From: an uncultured Acidimicrobiales bacterium
GTDB lineage: Bacteria; Actinomycetota; Acidimicrobiia; Acidimicrobiales; CAWCAL01
Direction of reading: 5' to 3'
Length of the DNA stretch: 64,000 nucleotides
Assembly: GCA_963697385.1 (NCBI GenBank)
Contig: CAVONU010000006.1
Coordinates: 350,343-414,342, forward strand
Notes under the pieces: generated by a model
What the model saw: the letters and a program-made list of their open reading frames with translations, nothing else
Database searches by the model: none
What the model was told of the DNA's origin: nothing
Position numbers and translations under genes: made by a program
In this document: positions 25,308 through 34,271 of the stretch, piece after piece
Layout: every line of letters starts with the position of its first letter
How positions within the stretch are numbered: the stretch's first letter is position 1

Positions 25308-26444
25308 CTACGACGGGTCGCCCGTGACGCGCCGGATGAGGGCAGCCTCCTCGGGGTCGTAGGGGGTGCCGTCGGCTCGGAGCAGATCGTGAAACCAGGG
25401 GTCGGGCTCGCCGCGGCCCGGCCGCGCCCATGACGTCCACGGATAGATCGTCTGAGAGCGACCCGAGACCAGGCCCCAGCAGTAGGCGCCGACCTCGAGT
25501 TCGGCGAAGTCCTCGATGAGGTCGACCGTCGACCCGCCTCCTCGCAGGAGCCACTCGGTGCACAGGAGCGGTCGTCCGTACTGCGAGAGGTGCTCGATCG
25601 CGCGTCGCAGCGGGTCCCGGCGCCGGTAGCTGTGGAACGAGAGCACGTCCGAGCGTCCGATGCTGATCTCGTTGAGGCGCGACACCCGTTCGGGCCGGCC
25701 GTGCACGCCCATCCAAATGCCGACGGTCAGCGGTTGGGGCGGATCCGCCTCGACCGCCCAGTCGAAGACCGCGTCGACCAGCGGTGTGACCGCTTCCCGC
25801 TTGTCCGCCAGCTCGGTCGACCCGTAGGTGAACTCGTTGGGATTGTCGGGCTCGTTGAACAGGTCCCACACCTGGACGCGAGGATCGTCGCCGAAGCGGG
25901 CCATGACCGCCAGGACGTACTCGCGTAGCTCCGGCCATCGGGCTCGGTCGCGGATGACCGCGGCCCCGGGGGACTGGACCCACATCGAGTTGTGCACGCC
26001 CGGTCGTGGCCGCCCTTGATCTCCCAGCCTGGGGATCGGGTTCCAGACGCCGTCGAAGAGCACGGGCATCACGCCGATCCCGACCTGATCGGCCAGGTCG
26101 ACCACGTGCTCCACCCGGTCCAGAAAGCTGTCGTCGTGCCGCCAGAGGAGGTCGTGGAGAAACAAGCGGATCGAGTTGAGACCGAGCTGGGCCGCCCACG
26201 TGAGTTCGCGCTCGATGGTCTCGGGGTCGAAGGTCTCGCGCTGGAACATCTCCAGCTGATTGCCCGCCGTCGACGGCACGAAGTTGCAGCCCACCAACCA
26301 GCCTTGTCGCTCGCTCCAGGAGCGTGCCTGCTCCGGCGTCCACCGGGCCGAGCTCGGCACCGAACGCGTCGATCGCCAGCGAGCCGAGCGGGCTGCATCG
26401 GCAGCCGTGCGGACGGCAGTGCGGCCCAGGGCAGTGACGTTCAT
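25308..26444 (-). CDS. clan GH-A (GH5-like) glycoside hydrolase
   Basis: From ATG 26444 (MNVTALGRT). GWLVGCNFVPSTAGNQLEMF, acid/base VWDLFNEPDN, nucleophile region LLCTEWL. Its start overlaps the upstream stop (ATGA). Confidence 0.8.
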   Translation of the reverse strand: MNVTALGRTAVRTAADAARSARWRSTRSVPSSARWTPEQARSWSERQGWLVGCNFVPSTAGNQLEMFQRETFDPETIERELTWAAQLGLNSIRLFLHDLLWRHDDSFLDRVEHVVDLADQVGIGVMPVLFDGVWNPIPRLGDQGRPRPGVHNSMWVQSPGAAVIRDRARWPELREYVLAVMARFGDDPRVQVWDLFNEPDNPNEFTYGSTELADKREAVTPLVDAVFDWAVEADPPQPLTVGIWMGVHGRPERVSRLNEISIGRSDVLSFHSYRRRDPLRRAIEHLSQYGRPLLCTEWLLRGGGSTVDLIEDFAELEVGAYCWGLVSGRSQTIYPWTSWARPGRGEPDPWFHDLLRADGTPYDPEEAALIRRVTGDPS

Positions 26445-27322
26445 GTCGCCGCTCCCACCATCGGAGCGCCGGCACCCTCGCCGGTCTCGGCCAGGATGGT
26501 CCAGACCGCCAGCAGGGTCATGTGCCACGTCGACACCCGCTCGCCCCAGCCGCCGTCGGTGCGGTGGGCGGCCAGCACTCGGCCCACCCAGTCGTCGGGG
26601 ACGCGGTCGCCGGCCCCCAGGTACTGGAGCACGGCGCTCTGCTCGACAGCCAGATCGGTCACCTCGTCGGCCACCGCGAGCTCGGCGCCGATCGATTCGA
26701 CCAGCCGTTGTCGCCGTTCCGCGGCATCGGCGACATCGCAGCCGAGCTCGTCCAACCACACCACTGCGAGGGCTGCGTGGGTGGAGTCGTACCCGCCCCC
26801 GTCGGCCAGGGCATCGAGCGCGACGACATCGGGGTCGGTCAGTGGGGTGTCGTCACAGCGGAGCACACGGGCCAGCGTGGCCGTCGTCGAATCGGGAGCG
26901 AACTCGTCGGCCAGGGTGGCGTCGGCGATCCGGGTCGGGTTCGCCATCCGCACCATCGCCGCCTCCTCGGGGTCGAGCTCGGCGGTGGCGAGCCGTTCCT
27001 CTGCGGCGTTCCCTGCGGCGGCCAGGGTCGGGACGTCCCAGTTGGTGCCGACGTAGGCGATCAGCGACAGGCTGGCGATGTCGATGCTGCCGTACTGGCC
27101 TTCCAGGTAGGCGGCCCCGGCATCGACGGCAGCGGTGGCGGACGGAGGCTCGGACACAAACGGAGCCGCCCCGGTGATCTCCGCCTGATCGGCGACGATC
27201 GGTGCATCGCCGGCCGCGTCCGAGGGGTCATCGGAGTCGGACGAACCACAGGCCGCTGTGATCAGGATCAGAACCGTGGCGAGCGCTGACCTGGGACCGG
27301 CGGGTCGACCACGCTGCTTCAT
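26441..27322 (-). CDS. lipoprotein of unknown function
   Basis: Signal/lipobox [27 protein letters not shown]. Acidic, Ala-rich body with DGGW-type repeats. Confidence 0.7.
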   Translation of the reverse strand: MKQRGRPAGPRSALATVLILITAACGSSDSDDPSDAAGDAPIVADQAEITGAAPFVSEPPSATAAVDAGAAYLEGQYGSIDIASLSLIAYVGTNWDVPTLAAAGNAAEERLATAELDPEEAAMVRMANPTRIADATLADEFAPDSTTATLARVLRCDDTPLTDPDVVALDALADGGGYDSTHAALAVVWLDELGCDVADAAERRQRLVESIGAELAVADEVTDLAVEQSAVLQYLGAGDRVPDDWVGRVLAAHRTDGGWGERVSTWHMTLLAVWTILAETGEGAGAPMVGAAT

Positions 27323-27405
27323 CGCGCGGGAACGCTATCGGGCCGGCGGAACGCCCGACCCTGCTCACTGGCGCCGCCCGCCTCGGAGCCGCCTACGATC
27401 GAACG

Positions 27406-27969
27406 GTGCTGCTCTCCGACGGAACCATTCGCGCCATGCTCACCGACGGCACGCTTTCGCTCGATCCGATCGACAACGAGCAGATCCAGCCGTCCAGCGT
27501 CGATGTCCGGCTCGATCGTGTGTTGCGGGTGTTCCGGAATCACACGGCCGTCTGCATCGATCCGATGGAGCCAATGGAGACACTGACCGAGCCCGTGTCG
27601 GTGGATGAGGGACACGCCTTCATTCTCCACCCGGGAGAGTTCGTGCTCGGTTCCACGGTCGAGCAGGTCGGCCTGCCGGACGATCTGGTCGGACGGGTCG
27701 AGGGGAAGTCCAGCCTGGGCCGGGTCGGTCTGCTGATTCACGCCACGGCCGGGTTCATCGATCCCGGCTTCCGGGGCCAGATCACGCTGGAGCTCTCCAA
27801 CGTCGCGTCGCTGCCCATCAAGCTGTGGCCGGGCATGAAGATCGGCCAGATCTCGTTCATGCGGCTCGACCGACCAGCCGAGCGTCCCTACGGCCACCAC
27901 GAGCTCAAGTCCAAGTACCAGGACCAGCGCGGCCCGGTGGCGTCACAGTACGAGCGCAACTACCGCTGA
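27406..27969 (+). CDS. dcd: dCTP deaminase
   Basis: [12 protein letters not shown]...[11 protein letters not shown]...[58 protein letters not shown] is colinear with Dcd. Confidence 0.93.
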   Translation: MLLSDGTIRAMLTDGTLSLDPIDNEQIQPSSVDVRLDRVLRVFRNHTAVCIDPMEPMETLTEPVSVDEGHAFILHPGEFVLGSTVEQVGLPDDLVGRVEGKSSLGRVGLLIHATAGFIDPGFRGQITLELSNVASLPIKLWPGMKIGQISFMRLDRPAERPYGHHELKSKYQDQRGPVASQYERNYR

Positions 27970-27998
27970 GTCGGCCGTCGGCCACCCGTAAACGGATT

Positions 27999-28041
27999 CG
28001 GGGCAGGATCAGCCACACTCGCTGGTCGCGATCCTGCCCCG
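27999..28041. terminator. 12-bp-stem hairpin between the convergent dcd and PKD genes
   Basis: cggggcaggatc (27999-28010) and gatcctgccccg (28030-28041) are exact complements with a 19-nt loop. Confidence 0.5.
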
Positions 28042-28058
28042 AAGGTCGTAGTGACTGT

Positions 28059-28737
28059 TCAGCTCGTCAGAGCGTGATGCGTTGATCGTGGGACCATGGA
28101 CCCCAGAGACCGTTGGCCTCGCCCGTATCGACGACGTCGTAGTTGCGACCCGAGACACAGGCCGAAGTCCGGACACCGGCCGGAGCTCGCCGGAGCGGCG
28201 ATGGTGCCGGAGTGGTGGTGACACAGCCGCCCGGCGAAGTACCCGTTCAACTTGATCTCGTAGCGGGTGACACCCGGCACCTGGTTCCAGGAGAAGTCGC
28301 CGTAGGTGTCGCAGGCAGCCGGCACCGACAGCTGAAGGTTCGTCGGAGCGACCGTCGGCCCACCGGCCACCGAGATGACGGTGGTGGACGAGGCGGTGGC
28401 GCCGTCGTCGTCGGTCACGGTCAGCCTGACGGTGAACTGGCCGCCGGGCGAAGGTGTGGTCGATCGTCTCGCCGGCCCCAGTGTTGAAATCACCGAAGTC
28501 CCAGCTGTACTGCACGATGGTGCCGTCCGGGTCGCCCGACGAGGACGCGTCGAAGTTCACCGCCAGGGGCGCCGGACCGTTGGAAACGCTCGGGACGAAG
28601 GTGGCGAACGGTCCCTCGTTGTCCGGCGGTGGCGGTGTGCATGCCGCAGCCACCAGCATGAGGATCGCGACGATCCCCGCGAACATCGAAAGTCTCTTCT
28701 GCACTGCTCTTCGCTCCCGCTGGTCGGTTTGTGACAT
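28059..28737 (-). pseudogene. PKD-domain lipoprotein, at least two frameshifts
   Basis: MSQTDQRERRAVQKRLSMFAGIVAILMLVAAACT...APLAVNFDASSSGDPDGTIVQYSWDFGD...TIDHTF is in one frame. PGGQFTVRLTVTDDDGATASSTTVISV...YEIKLNGYFAG is in a second. The best-looking C-terminus (ACVSGRNYDVVDTGEANGLWGPWSHDQRITL*) is in a third. Confidence 0.7.
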
Positions 28738-28747
28738 GGGTAACATA

Positions 28748-28810
28748 GTGGGTCGTCCGCCCGACAGGGGTAATCGCACCTACGAGGGTGGGTCGTCCGG
28801 CCAACGGGTG
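28748..28810. repeat. two ~23-bp imperfect direct repeats in a divergent intergenic region
   Basis: gtgggtcgtccgcccgacagggg (28748-28770) and gtgggtcgtccggccaacgggtg (28788-28810). The first 12 nt are identical and the start-to-start spacing is 40 bp. Confidence 0.4.
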
Positions 28811-28852
28811 CGCTATGGGCACCACCAGGCGGTTCAGTAGAGTTCGGGGCCC

Positions 28853-31429
28853 ATGAGCGAGACCCCGCATCCCCGTGGGACCGACGGTCTCGGCGACTCG
28901 ACCAACCGTTCGCTCCGCACCATTGCCGCGGCCATGTTGAAGGTGGAGCCCGGCGAGGTGGTCGAGGCGCGGCACCCCGAGGATGTCGACACCTGGGCGG
29001 GTGGCAACGGCGCCGTGCGTACCGCCGAGGATCCGCTGATCGCCTCTCCCTCGGTGTCGGTCGGTCGGTCGGGGCCCTGGCGTGTCCTCACCCGGATCAC
29101 ACGGCGGGGGATGGCCGAGAGCTGGGCGGCCCGAGTTCTCGCCGTGATCGCCCTTGCGGTCGCCGCCGGTTTCGCCCTCGCCACCACCGTCGCCCTCGGG
29201 TCGATCGAGCGGGGTCTGGGAAGTGGTTCGCTCGATACCGCGACCGGCGCCGATCTGGTGGTCCGGGGCCGGATCACGACCTCGACGCCGTTGGAGGTGG
29301 TCCGGTCGGGGGTCGATGCGAGCGTGTCCGACCTGATCGAGGGAACCGACGGCGTGACGTGGGTGGACAGCCGGATCAGCGGCCCGGTGGTCATCCGACT
29401 CGGCGATGATCCGGCGATCGCAGGTGGGCTGCTGGCGGGCACCACGTTCGCCACCTGGTCGGACCGGCTCGAGGTGGGCCTGGCCAAGGGCAGCGCCCCG
29501 AGTGAGCCGGGTGAGGTGGTCCTGAGCAGCCGGACCGCGTCGGAGCTCAGCGCCAAGGTCGGCGACGTCATCGCCGTCGGGGGGGCCGGCGAGCTGAGCG
29601 TCGTGGATGTCGTCGGCGTCGCCGAGTCGGGTGCCGCGCTGGGCCGGACGGTGCTCGGCACGTCGGAGGACATCCAGAGGGTCCTCGGCCGCTTCGATCA
29701 ATTCGACTCCTTCTTCGTCGCGGTCGACGGACCGGCCGATCCGGCTGCCATCGGGGTCGGTCTGGCCGAGGTCGTGACCCTGGCTGACCACCAGGCCAGC
29801 CGGCCCGGCGAACGGGCGGTTGCGGCCAAGCCGGTCCGCACCGTGCTGCGCATCGTGACGGTCGTGGTGCTCGCGGGCGTGCTCGTTGCCTTGTACGCGA
29901 TGCTGCGCCAGGTGGTGGCGACCCGCCGGCGCGACCACGCTCTTCTCCGGGCCCTGGGGGCATCGCGCACCAACCTGAGAGCAGCGGTGGTCGGCGACGC
30001 CCTGTGGACCAGCGTCGCCGCCGGCCTGCTCGCTCCGGTCGTGGCGCTGGCGCTGTTGCCGCTGTTGAGTGACACGCTCGGCCGGCTCGGCCTGCCGCGG
30101 CTCCAAGTGGGGGCCGTGGACCTCCTCGGGTATCTGCCGTGGGCCTTACTGATCGCAGTGGGTACCGCGCTCCTGGCATCGATTCCGTTGGCCCGCCACG
30201 TGGCCCGCCTGTCTCCGGTCGATGCGTTGACCGACCGTCCGGTCGGCCATCGCGCCCGCGTCCGCCGACGCGCGCCCGTGCGCTCCGGCCCCATCAGCTC
30301 CCGGCTCGGCGTCCCGGTCCGCATTGCGCGCCGGGAGCTGTCGGCGAGCCGTCGTCGTCTCCTCCCGGTCGTCCTCGCGCTCGGCGCTCTGTTCGGCCTG
30401 GTCGTCGCCGTCGTCGTCGTCACACACGGGGTACGCGAGGAGGCGGCGGCCGACGTGGGGGAGCTGGCCCGTGCCGACTACGTCGTCGACTCCGGCGTGA
30501 TCACCACCGGAGGGTTCGGACCCGAGGTCGTCGAGATCGTCGCGTCGGTCCCCGGGGTCGACTCGGCCAGCGCCGTGCGTTCGGCCGGGGCCACGATCGA
30601 TGCGCACAGTGGACGGGTGCTCGGGGTCGATCTGGACCAGGTCGGCGGCCATGTCGGGTTGGTGCCCACCGAGGGCACCCTGCCGCAGACCTCCACCGAG
30701 ATGTTGCTCAGCGTCGACGTGGCGTCGTCGCTGGCGAAGGGCGTCGGCGACACGGTCTTGGTCGCACTGGCCGGCGGCGAGTCCCGTGAGCTCGAGGTGG
30801 TCGGCTTGGTCCAGGGCGGACCACTCGTGTCCTCCGGGGTGGTCGATCGGTCGGTGTTCCTCGAGGACCTCCCGGCATCGGCGGATCTGTTCGTCCTGTT
30901 CGATGCGGACGAGATCGCCCGCGCCGACGTTGACGGTGCGATCGCCCAGCAGGTCCAGGAGGTGGTGGACGGCGAGGTCGGATTCGGGACCGTCGTCGTG
31001 GCCGACCGACTCATCGAGGGTCGGTCATCGATGTTCGACGACCTCGAATCGGTGCTGCTCGTGGTCACGGGGGTCGCGGTGGCGACGGCGTTGGTCGGTC
31101 TCGCGTCGACCATGTTCGTCGCCGCTGTGAGCCGTCGGCGGGAGATGGCCCTGTTGTGGACGGCCGGCGCCGACCGCGGCCAACGGGCGACCGTCGCGGG
31201 CTGGCAGGGGGCCGTCATCGCGATCACGGCGACCGTCATCGGGTGCACGATGGGCTGGTCGGCCGGTTCGCTCGTCGTCTCGACGGTGTTCGGAGGGTGG
31301 CCCTCGACCGATGTCGTCCGGCTGGTCCTCGTCGCGCTGGCCTTCGCGGCGGCCACGATGGCCGTGGCCAGCATCAGCGCGTTGGTCGTCGACCGCGATG
31401 CGGTCCGTCGGGCGCTCCAGTTGGTCTGA
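28853..31429 (+). CDS. ABC-transporter permease, FtsX/MacB-type with duplicated 4-TM modules
   Basis: 858-aa ORF. Two FtsX-like TM bundles (near residues 330-460 and 740-850), each preceded by a large extracytoplasmic domain. The true start may be internal, near MAESWAARVLAVIALAV. Confidence 0.8.
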   Translation: MSETPHPRGTDGLGDSTNRSLRTIAAAMLKVEPGEVVEARHPEDVDTWAGGNGAVRTAEDPLIASPSVSVGRSGPWRVLTRITRRGMAESWAARVLAVIALAVAAGFALATTVALGSIERGLGSGSLDTATGADLVVRGRITTSTPLEVVRSGVDASVSDLIEGTDGVTWVDSRISGPVVIRLGDDPAIAGGLLAGTTFATWSDRLEVGLAKGSAPSEPGEVVLSSRTASELSAKVGDVIAVGGAGELSVVDVVGVAESGAALGRTVLGTSEDIQRVLGRFDQFDSFFVAVDGPADPAAIGVGLAEVVTLADHQASRPGERAVAAKPVRTVLRIVTVVVLAGVLVALYAMLRQVVATRRRDHALLRALGASRTNLRAAVVGDALWTSVAAGLLAPVVALALLPLLSDTLGRLGLPRLQVGAVDLLGYLPWALLIAVGTALLASIPLARHVARLSPVDALTDRPVGHRARVRRRAPVRSGPISSRLGVPVRIARRELSASRRRLLPVVLALGALFGLVVAVVVVTHGVREEAAADVGELARADYVVDSGVITTGGFGPEVVEIVASVPGVDSASAVRSAGATIDAHSGRVLGVDLDQVGGHVGLVPTEGTLPQTSTEMLLSVDVASSLAKGVGDTVLVALAGGESRELEVVGLVQGGPLVSSGVVDRSVFLEDLPASADLFVLFDADEIARADVDGAIAQQVQEVVDGEVGFGTVVVADRLIEGRSSMFDDLESVLLVVTGVAVATALVGLASTMFVAAVSRRREMALLWTAGADRGQRATVAGWQGAVIAITATVIGCTMGWSAGSLVVSTVFGGWPSTDVVRLVLVALAFAAATMAVASISALVVDRDAVRRALQLV

Positions 31430-31462
31430 CCCTGTTGGTCAGACCCTGTTGGTCAGACCTCG
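31421..31462. repeat. 3 x 14-bp tandem repeat forming a hairpin (likely bidirectional terminator)
   Basis: ttggtctgaccctg / ttggtcagaccctg / ttggtcagacctcg. ggtctgacc (31423-31) pairs exactly with ggtcagacc (31437-45). The stop codons of both convergent genes lie inside the repeat. Confidence 0.6.
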
Positions 31463-33684
31463 GTGGGCGTGATGTCGCGACTCTCGTCATCGACGAATCC
31501 GGCGCCGGCACCGCCGGTGGCTTCGTCGCGAGCGGCGAGCGCATCGGCGAGATGGATGGCCATGTCGGCCACCTTCACCTCGTCGTCCTCGATACCCTCG
31601 CCCTTCACCCCGTCGTCGATCATGATGTAGCAGAACGGGCAGGCGGTGGCGATGCGCGACGCGCCGGTGGCCAGAAGCTCCTGGCTGCGCTCGACGTTGA
31701 CCTGCTTGCCGGTGTTCTCCTCCATCCACATGCGGGCCCCGCCGGCGCCGCAGCACATGCCCTGGGTGCCGTTGCGGGGCGCCTCGACGATCTCCACGCC
31801 GCCGAGCGACCCGATCACGTTGCGGGGCGCGAGGTACACGTCGTTGTGGCGGCCGAGGTAGCACGAGTCGTGGTAGACGATGCGCTCGTCCAGCCGGGCG
31901 CCCTCGAGATCCAGCTTGTCCTCGTCGACCAGCCACTCCAGCAGCTGGCTGTGGTGGATGACCTCGTAGTGGCCACCCAGCTGCGGGTACTCGTTGCCCA
32001 GGGTGTTGAGGCAGTGCGGGCACTGGGTCACGATCTTCTTGACCCCCATGCCGTCGAGCATCTCGATGTTCTGCATGGCCAGCATCTGGAAGATGTACTC
32101 GTTGCCCGAGCGGCGGGCCGAGTCGCCGGTACACATCTCCGACGGTCCGAGCACGGCGAAGCTCACGTCCGCACGCTGCATGAGGGCGGTCATGGCCTGG
32201 GTGACCTTCTTGTTCTTGTCGTCGAACGATCCGGCGCACCCGACCCAGTAGAGGTACTCGGCCTCGATCGGGTCGCTCCCGTCGAGGACCTCGAGGCCCT
32301 CGATGTCCTTCGCCCATTCGAGCCGATCGCTCTGGCTCATCCCCCAGGGGTTCCCCGAGTTCTCCATACCGCGGTAGGCATTGCCCAGCTCGGTGGGGAA
32401 GTTGGACTCCATCAGGGCCAGGTACCGTCGCATGTCCAGGATCTTGTCCAGGATCTCGATGTTGACGGGGCAGATCTCGTCGCAGGCCTTGCAGGTCGTG
32501 CACGCCCAGAGCTCCTCTGGCGTGACCCGCTCGAACATCGCGTCGGCCTCGATGGTGATGTCCCTGTCCACCCCGATGGGCGGCGACACCGTCGGCTCCC
32601 CGGTCGCCGCCATGACCTCGCCCGTCTTCAGCACGATCTCCCTGGGGTCGAGCGGCTTGCCGGTGGCATGGGCCGGGCAGACGCTGGTGCAGCGGCCGCA
32701 CATGGTGCAGGCGTCGGTGTCCAGCAGCTGCTTCCAGGTGAAGTCCTCGATGGTGGACGCGCCGAAGGTCTCGAGCTCGGTCTCCATCAGGTTGGGCATG
32801 GGCTTCATGGCCCCCTTGGGCCGTTCCCTGTCCCGCAGGTACATGTTGAGCGGCGACGTGAACATGTGCCGCATCATCGTCACCGGGATCATGATCAGGA
32901 ACGCCATGAAGCTCACGACGTGGGCGATCCACCAGACCTGGTGCCAGCCCGACAGGTTGTCGGAGCTCTCGAAGACGTCGGACAGCGCCCATCCCACGAA
33001 CGCCCACTGCTCGAACTCGGGCCGGCCTTCGAGGGCGATGCGGAAGCCCTCGGCCAGGAACCCGGTGATGCCCAGGACGGCGAAGACGCCGAGGATCACG
33101 GCGTGCTCGGGCTTGGACTTGATGCGGATGCGGTAGGGCTTCTGGATGTACCGGCGGACGATCGCCCAGCCGATGCCGGTCAGGAACAGCACGCCGGCCG
33201 CGTCGCCGACGAATGCGTACGCCCGGTACACGTCGCCGTTGAGGAACTTGGCGCTCTCGGGCAGCTGATGGTTGATCTCGAGGACCGTGGTGACGGCCAG
33301 CAGGATGAGGAAGCTGAAGTAGATCAGCGAGTGCATGACGCCGGCGGCGGGGTCGCGCAGCAGGGTCTGCATGTAGACCCCGGCCCGGAAGTCGCCGAAG
33401 CGCCGTTTGGCGTTGTCCTTGGTGGTCTTGCGGTTGTCGGGCCCACCGCGCTGCCAGTTCTTGACCCGCAGGCTGAACATGACCGCGCCGTAGACCAGCA
33501 GCAGCGGGATCAGCGTGTAGAACGCGAGCTTCACCGCGCTGGGGATGTTCTCGAACACCTCACGCTTGACCGGGCTCTCGTCGTGCCACTCGGTGATCAG
33601 CGGCACGACACCGGACAACATGGTGAAGAGACCGATGCCGACGCCGAGGGCGATGACCAGATGCTGAGGCTTGAGGCGCTTCAT
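31453..33684 (-). CDS. membrane-bound Fe-S oxidoreductase (NarI-like TM domain + 2x[4Fe-4S] + two CCG domains, HdrD/DsrK-like)
   Basis: 743 aa. N-terminal multi-TM domain. Ferredoxin motifs CTMCGRCTSVCP and CTTCKACDEICP. Cys-rich CCG-type motifs (CPHCLNTLGNEYP, YHDSCYLGRHN, MCCGAGGARMW, IATACPFCYIMIDD). Confidence 0.85.
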   Translation of the reverse strand: MKRLKPQHLVIALGVGIGLFTMLSGVVPLITEWHDESPVKREVFENIPSAVKLAFYTLIPLLLVYGAVMFSLRVKNWQRGGPDNRKTTKDNAKRRFGDFRAGVYMQTLLRDPAAGVMHSLIYFSFLILLAVTTVLEINHQLPESAKFLNGDVYRAYAFVGDAAGVLFLTGIGWAIVRRYIQKPYRIRIKSKPEHAVILGVFAVLGITGFLAEGFRIALEGRPEFEQWAFVGWALSDVFESSDNLSGWHQVWWIAHVVSFMAFLIMIPVTMMRHMFTSPLNMYLRDRERPKGAMKPMPNLMETELETFGASTIEDFTWKQLLDTDACTMCGRCTSVCPAHATGKPLDPREIVLKTGEVMAATGEPTVSPPIGVDRDITIEADAMFERVTPEELWACTTCKACDEICPVNIEILDKILDMRRYLALMESNFPTELGNAYRGMENSGNPWGMSQSDRLEWAKDIEGLEVLDGSDPIEAEYLYWVGCAGSFDDKNKKVTQAMTALMQRADVSFAVLGPSEMCTGDSARRSGNEYIFQMLAMQNIEMLDGMGVKKIVTQCPHCLNTLGNEYPQLGGHYEVIHHSQLLEWLVDEDKLDLEGARLDERIVYHDSCYLGRHNDVYLAPRNVIGSLGGVEIVEAPRNGTQGMCCGAGGARMWMEENTGKQVNVERSQELLATGASRIATACPFCYIMIDDGVKGEGIEDDEVKVADMAIHLADALAARDEATGGAGAGFVDDESRDITPTEV

Positions 33685-33708
33685 GGCCTCGAACCTACCG
33701 CGGGGCCA

Positions 33709-34137
33709 TTAGTCGATGGCAAACACTCGGGCATCATCCGCGAACGACTTGAACTCCAGTGCATTCCCCGACGGATCGAGCAGGAACATGGTGCGCTGCT
33801 CGCCCGCCCGGCCCTCGAAGCGGATGCGAGGCTCGATGACGAACTCGACACCGGCGGTGGTCAACCGCTGCGCCAGAGCCTCCCATGCATCGGTCTCGAG
33901 CACCACGCCGAAGTGGGGGACCGGCACGTCGTCGCCGTCGACCGGGTTGTGCGCACGGGGTCCACCGCCCGGCCGATCGTCCAGGTGGGCCACGATCTGG
34001 TGGCCGTACAGGTCGAAGTCGATCCAACGATCGTCCCGCCGACCCTGGGGGCATCCGAGGACCTCCCCGTAGAACGTGGCGGCCGCATCGAGGTCGTCGA
34101 CGGGGAAGGCCAGGTGGAATCGGGGGACGTCGACCAT
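33709..34137 (-). CDS. VOC/glyoxalase-family protein
   Basis: From ATG 34137: [34 protein letters not shown]...[16 protein letters not shown]. Confidence 0.8.
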   Translation of the reverse strand: MVDVPRFHLAFPVDDLDAAATFYGEVLGCPQGRRDDRWIDFDLYGHQIVAHLDDRPGGGPRAHNPVDGDDVPVPHFGVVLETDAWEALAQRLTTAGVEFVIEPRIRFEGRAGEQRTMFLLDPSGNALEFKSFADDARVFAID

Positions 34138-34271
34138 CGGCCCAGTGTGGCGTTCGGACCGTTCATCCGCACGTAACACGGAGCGAATCAGCGCGAAACG
34201 CCCACTTCCTACGGTGCGGCCCTCGACTTGATCGACCACTCGACCATGCACGTCCATCCAAGGAGGAAACG

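Noticed and set aside
31156-34176. 1006-aa plus-strand ORF, the longest in the track
   Set aside because: It is antisense to the well-supported Fe-S reductase and VOC genes. Its composition is dominated by G/R/H/D/L/V repeats with no recognisable motif. Long antisense ORFs of this kind are typical of GC-rich DNA.
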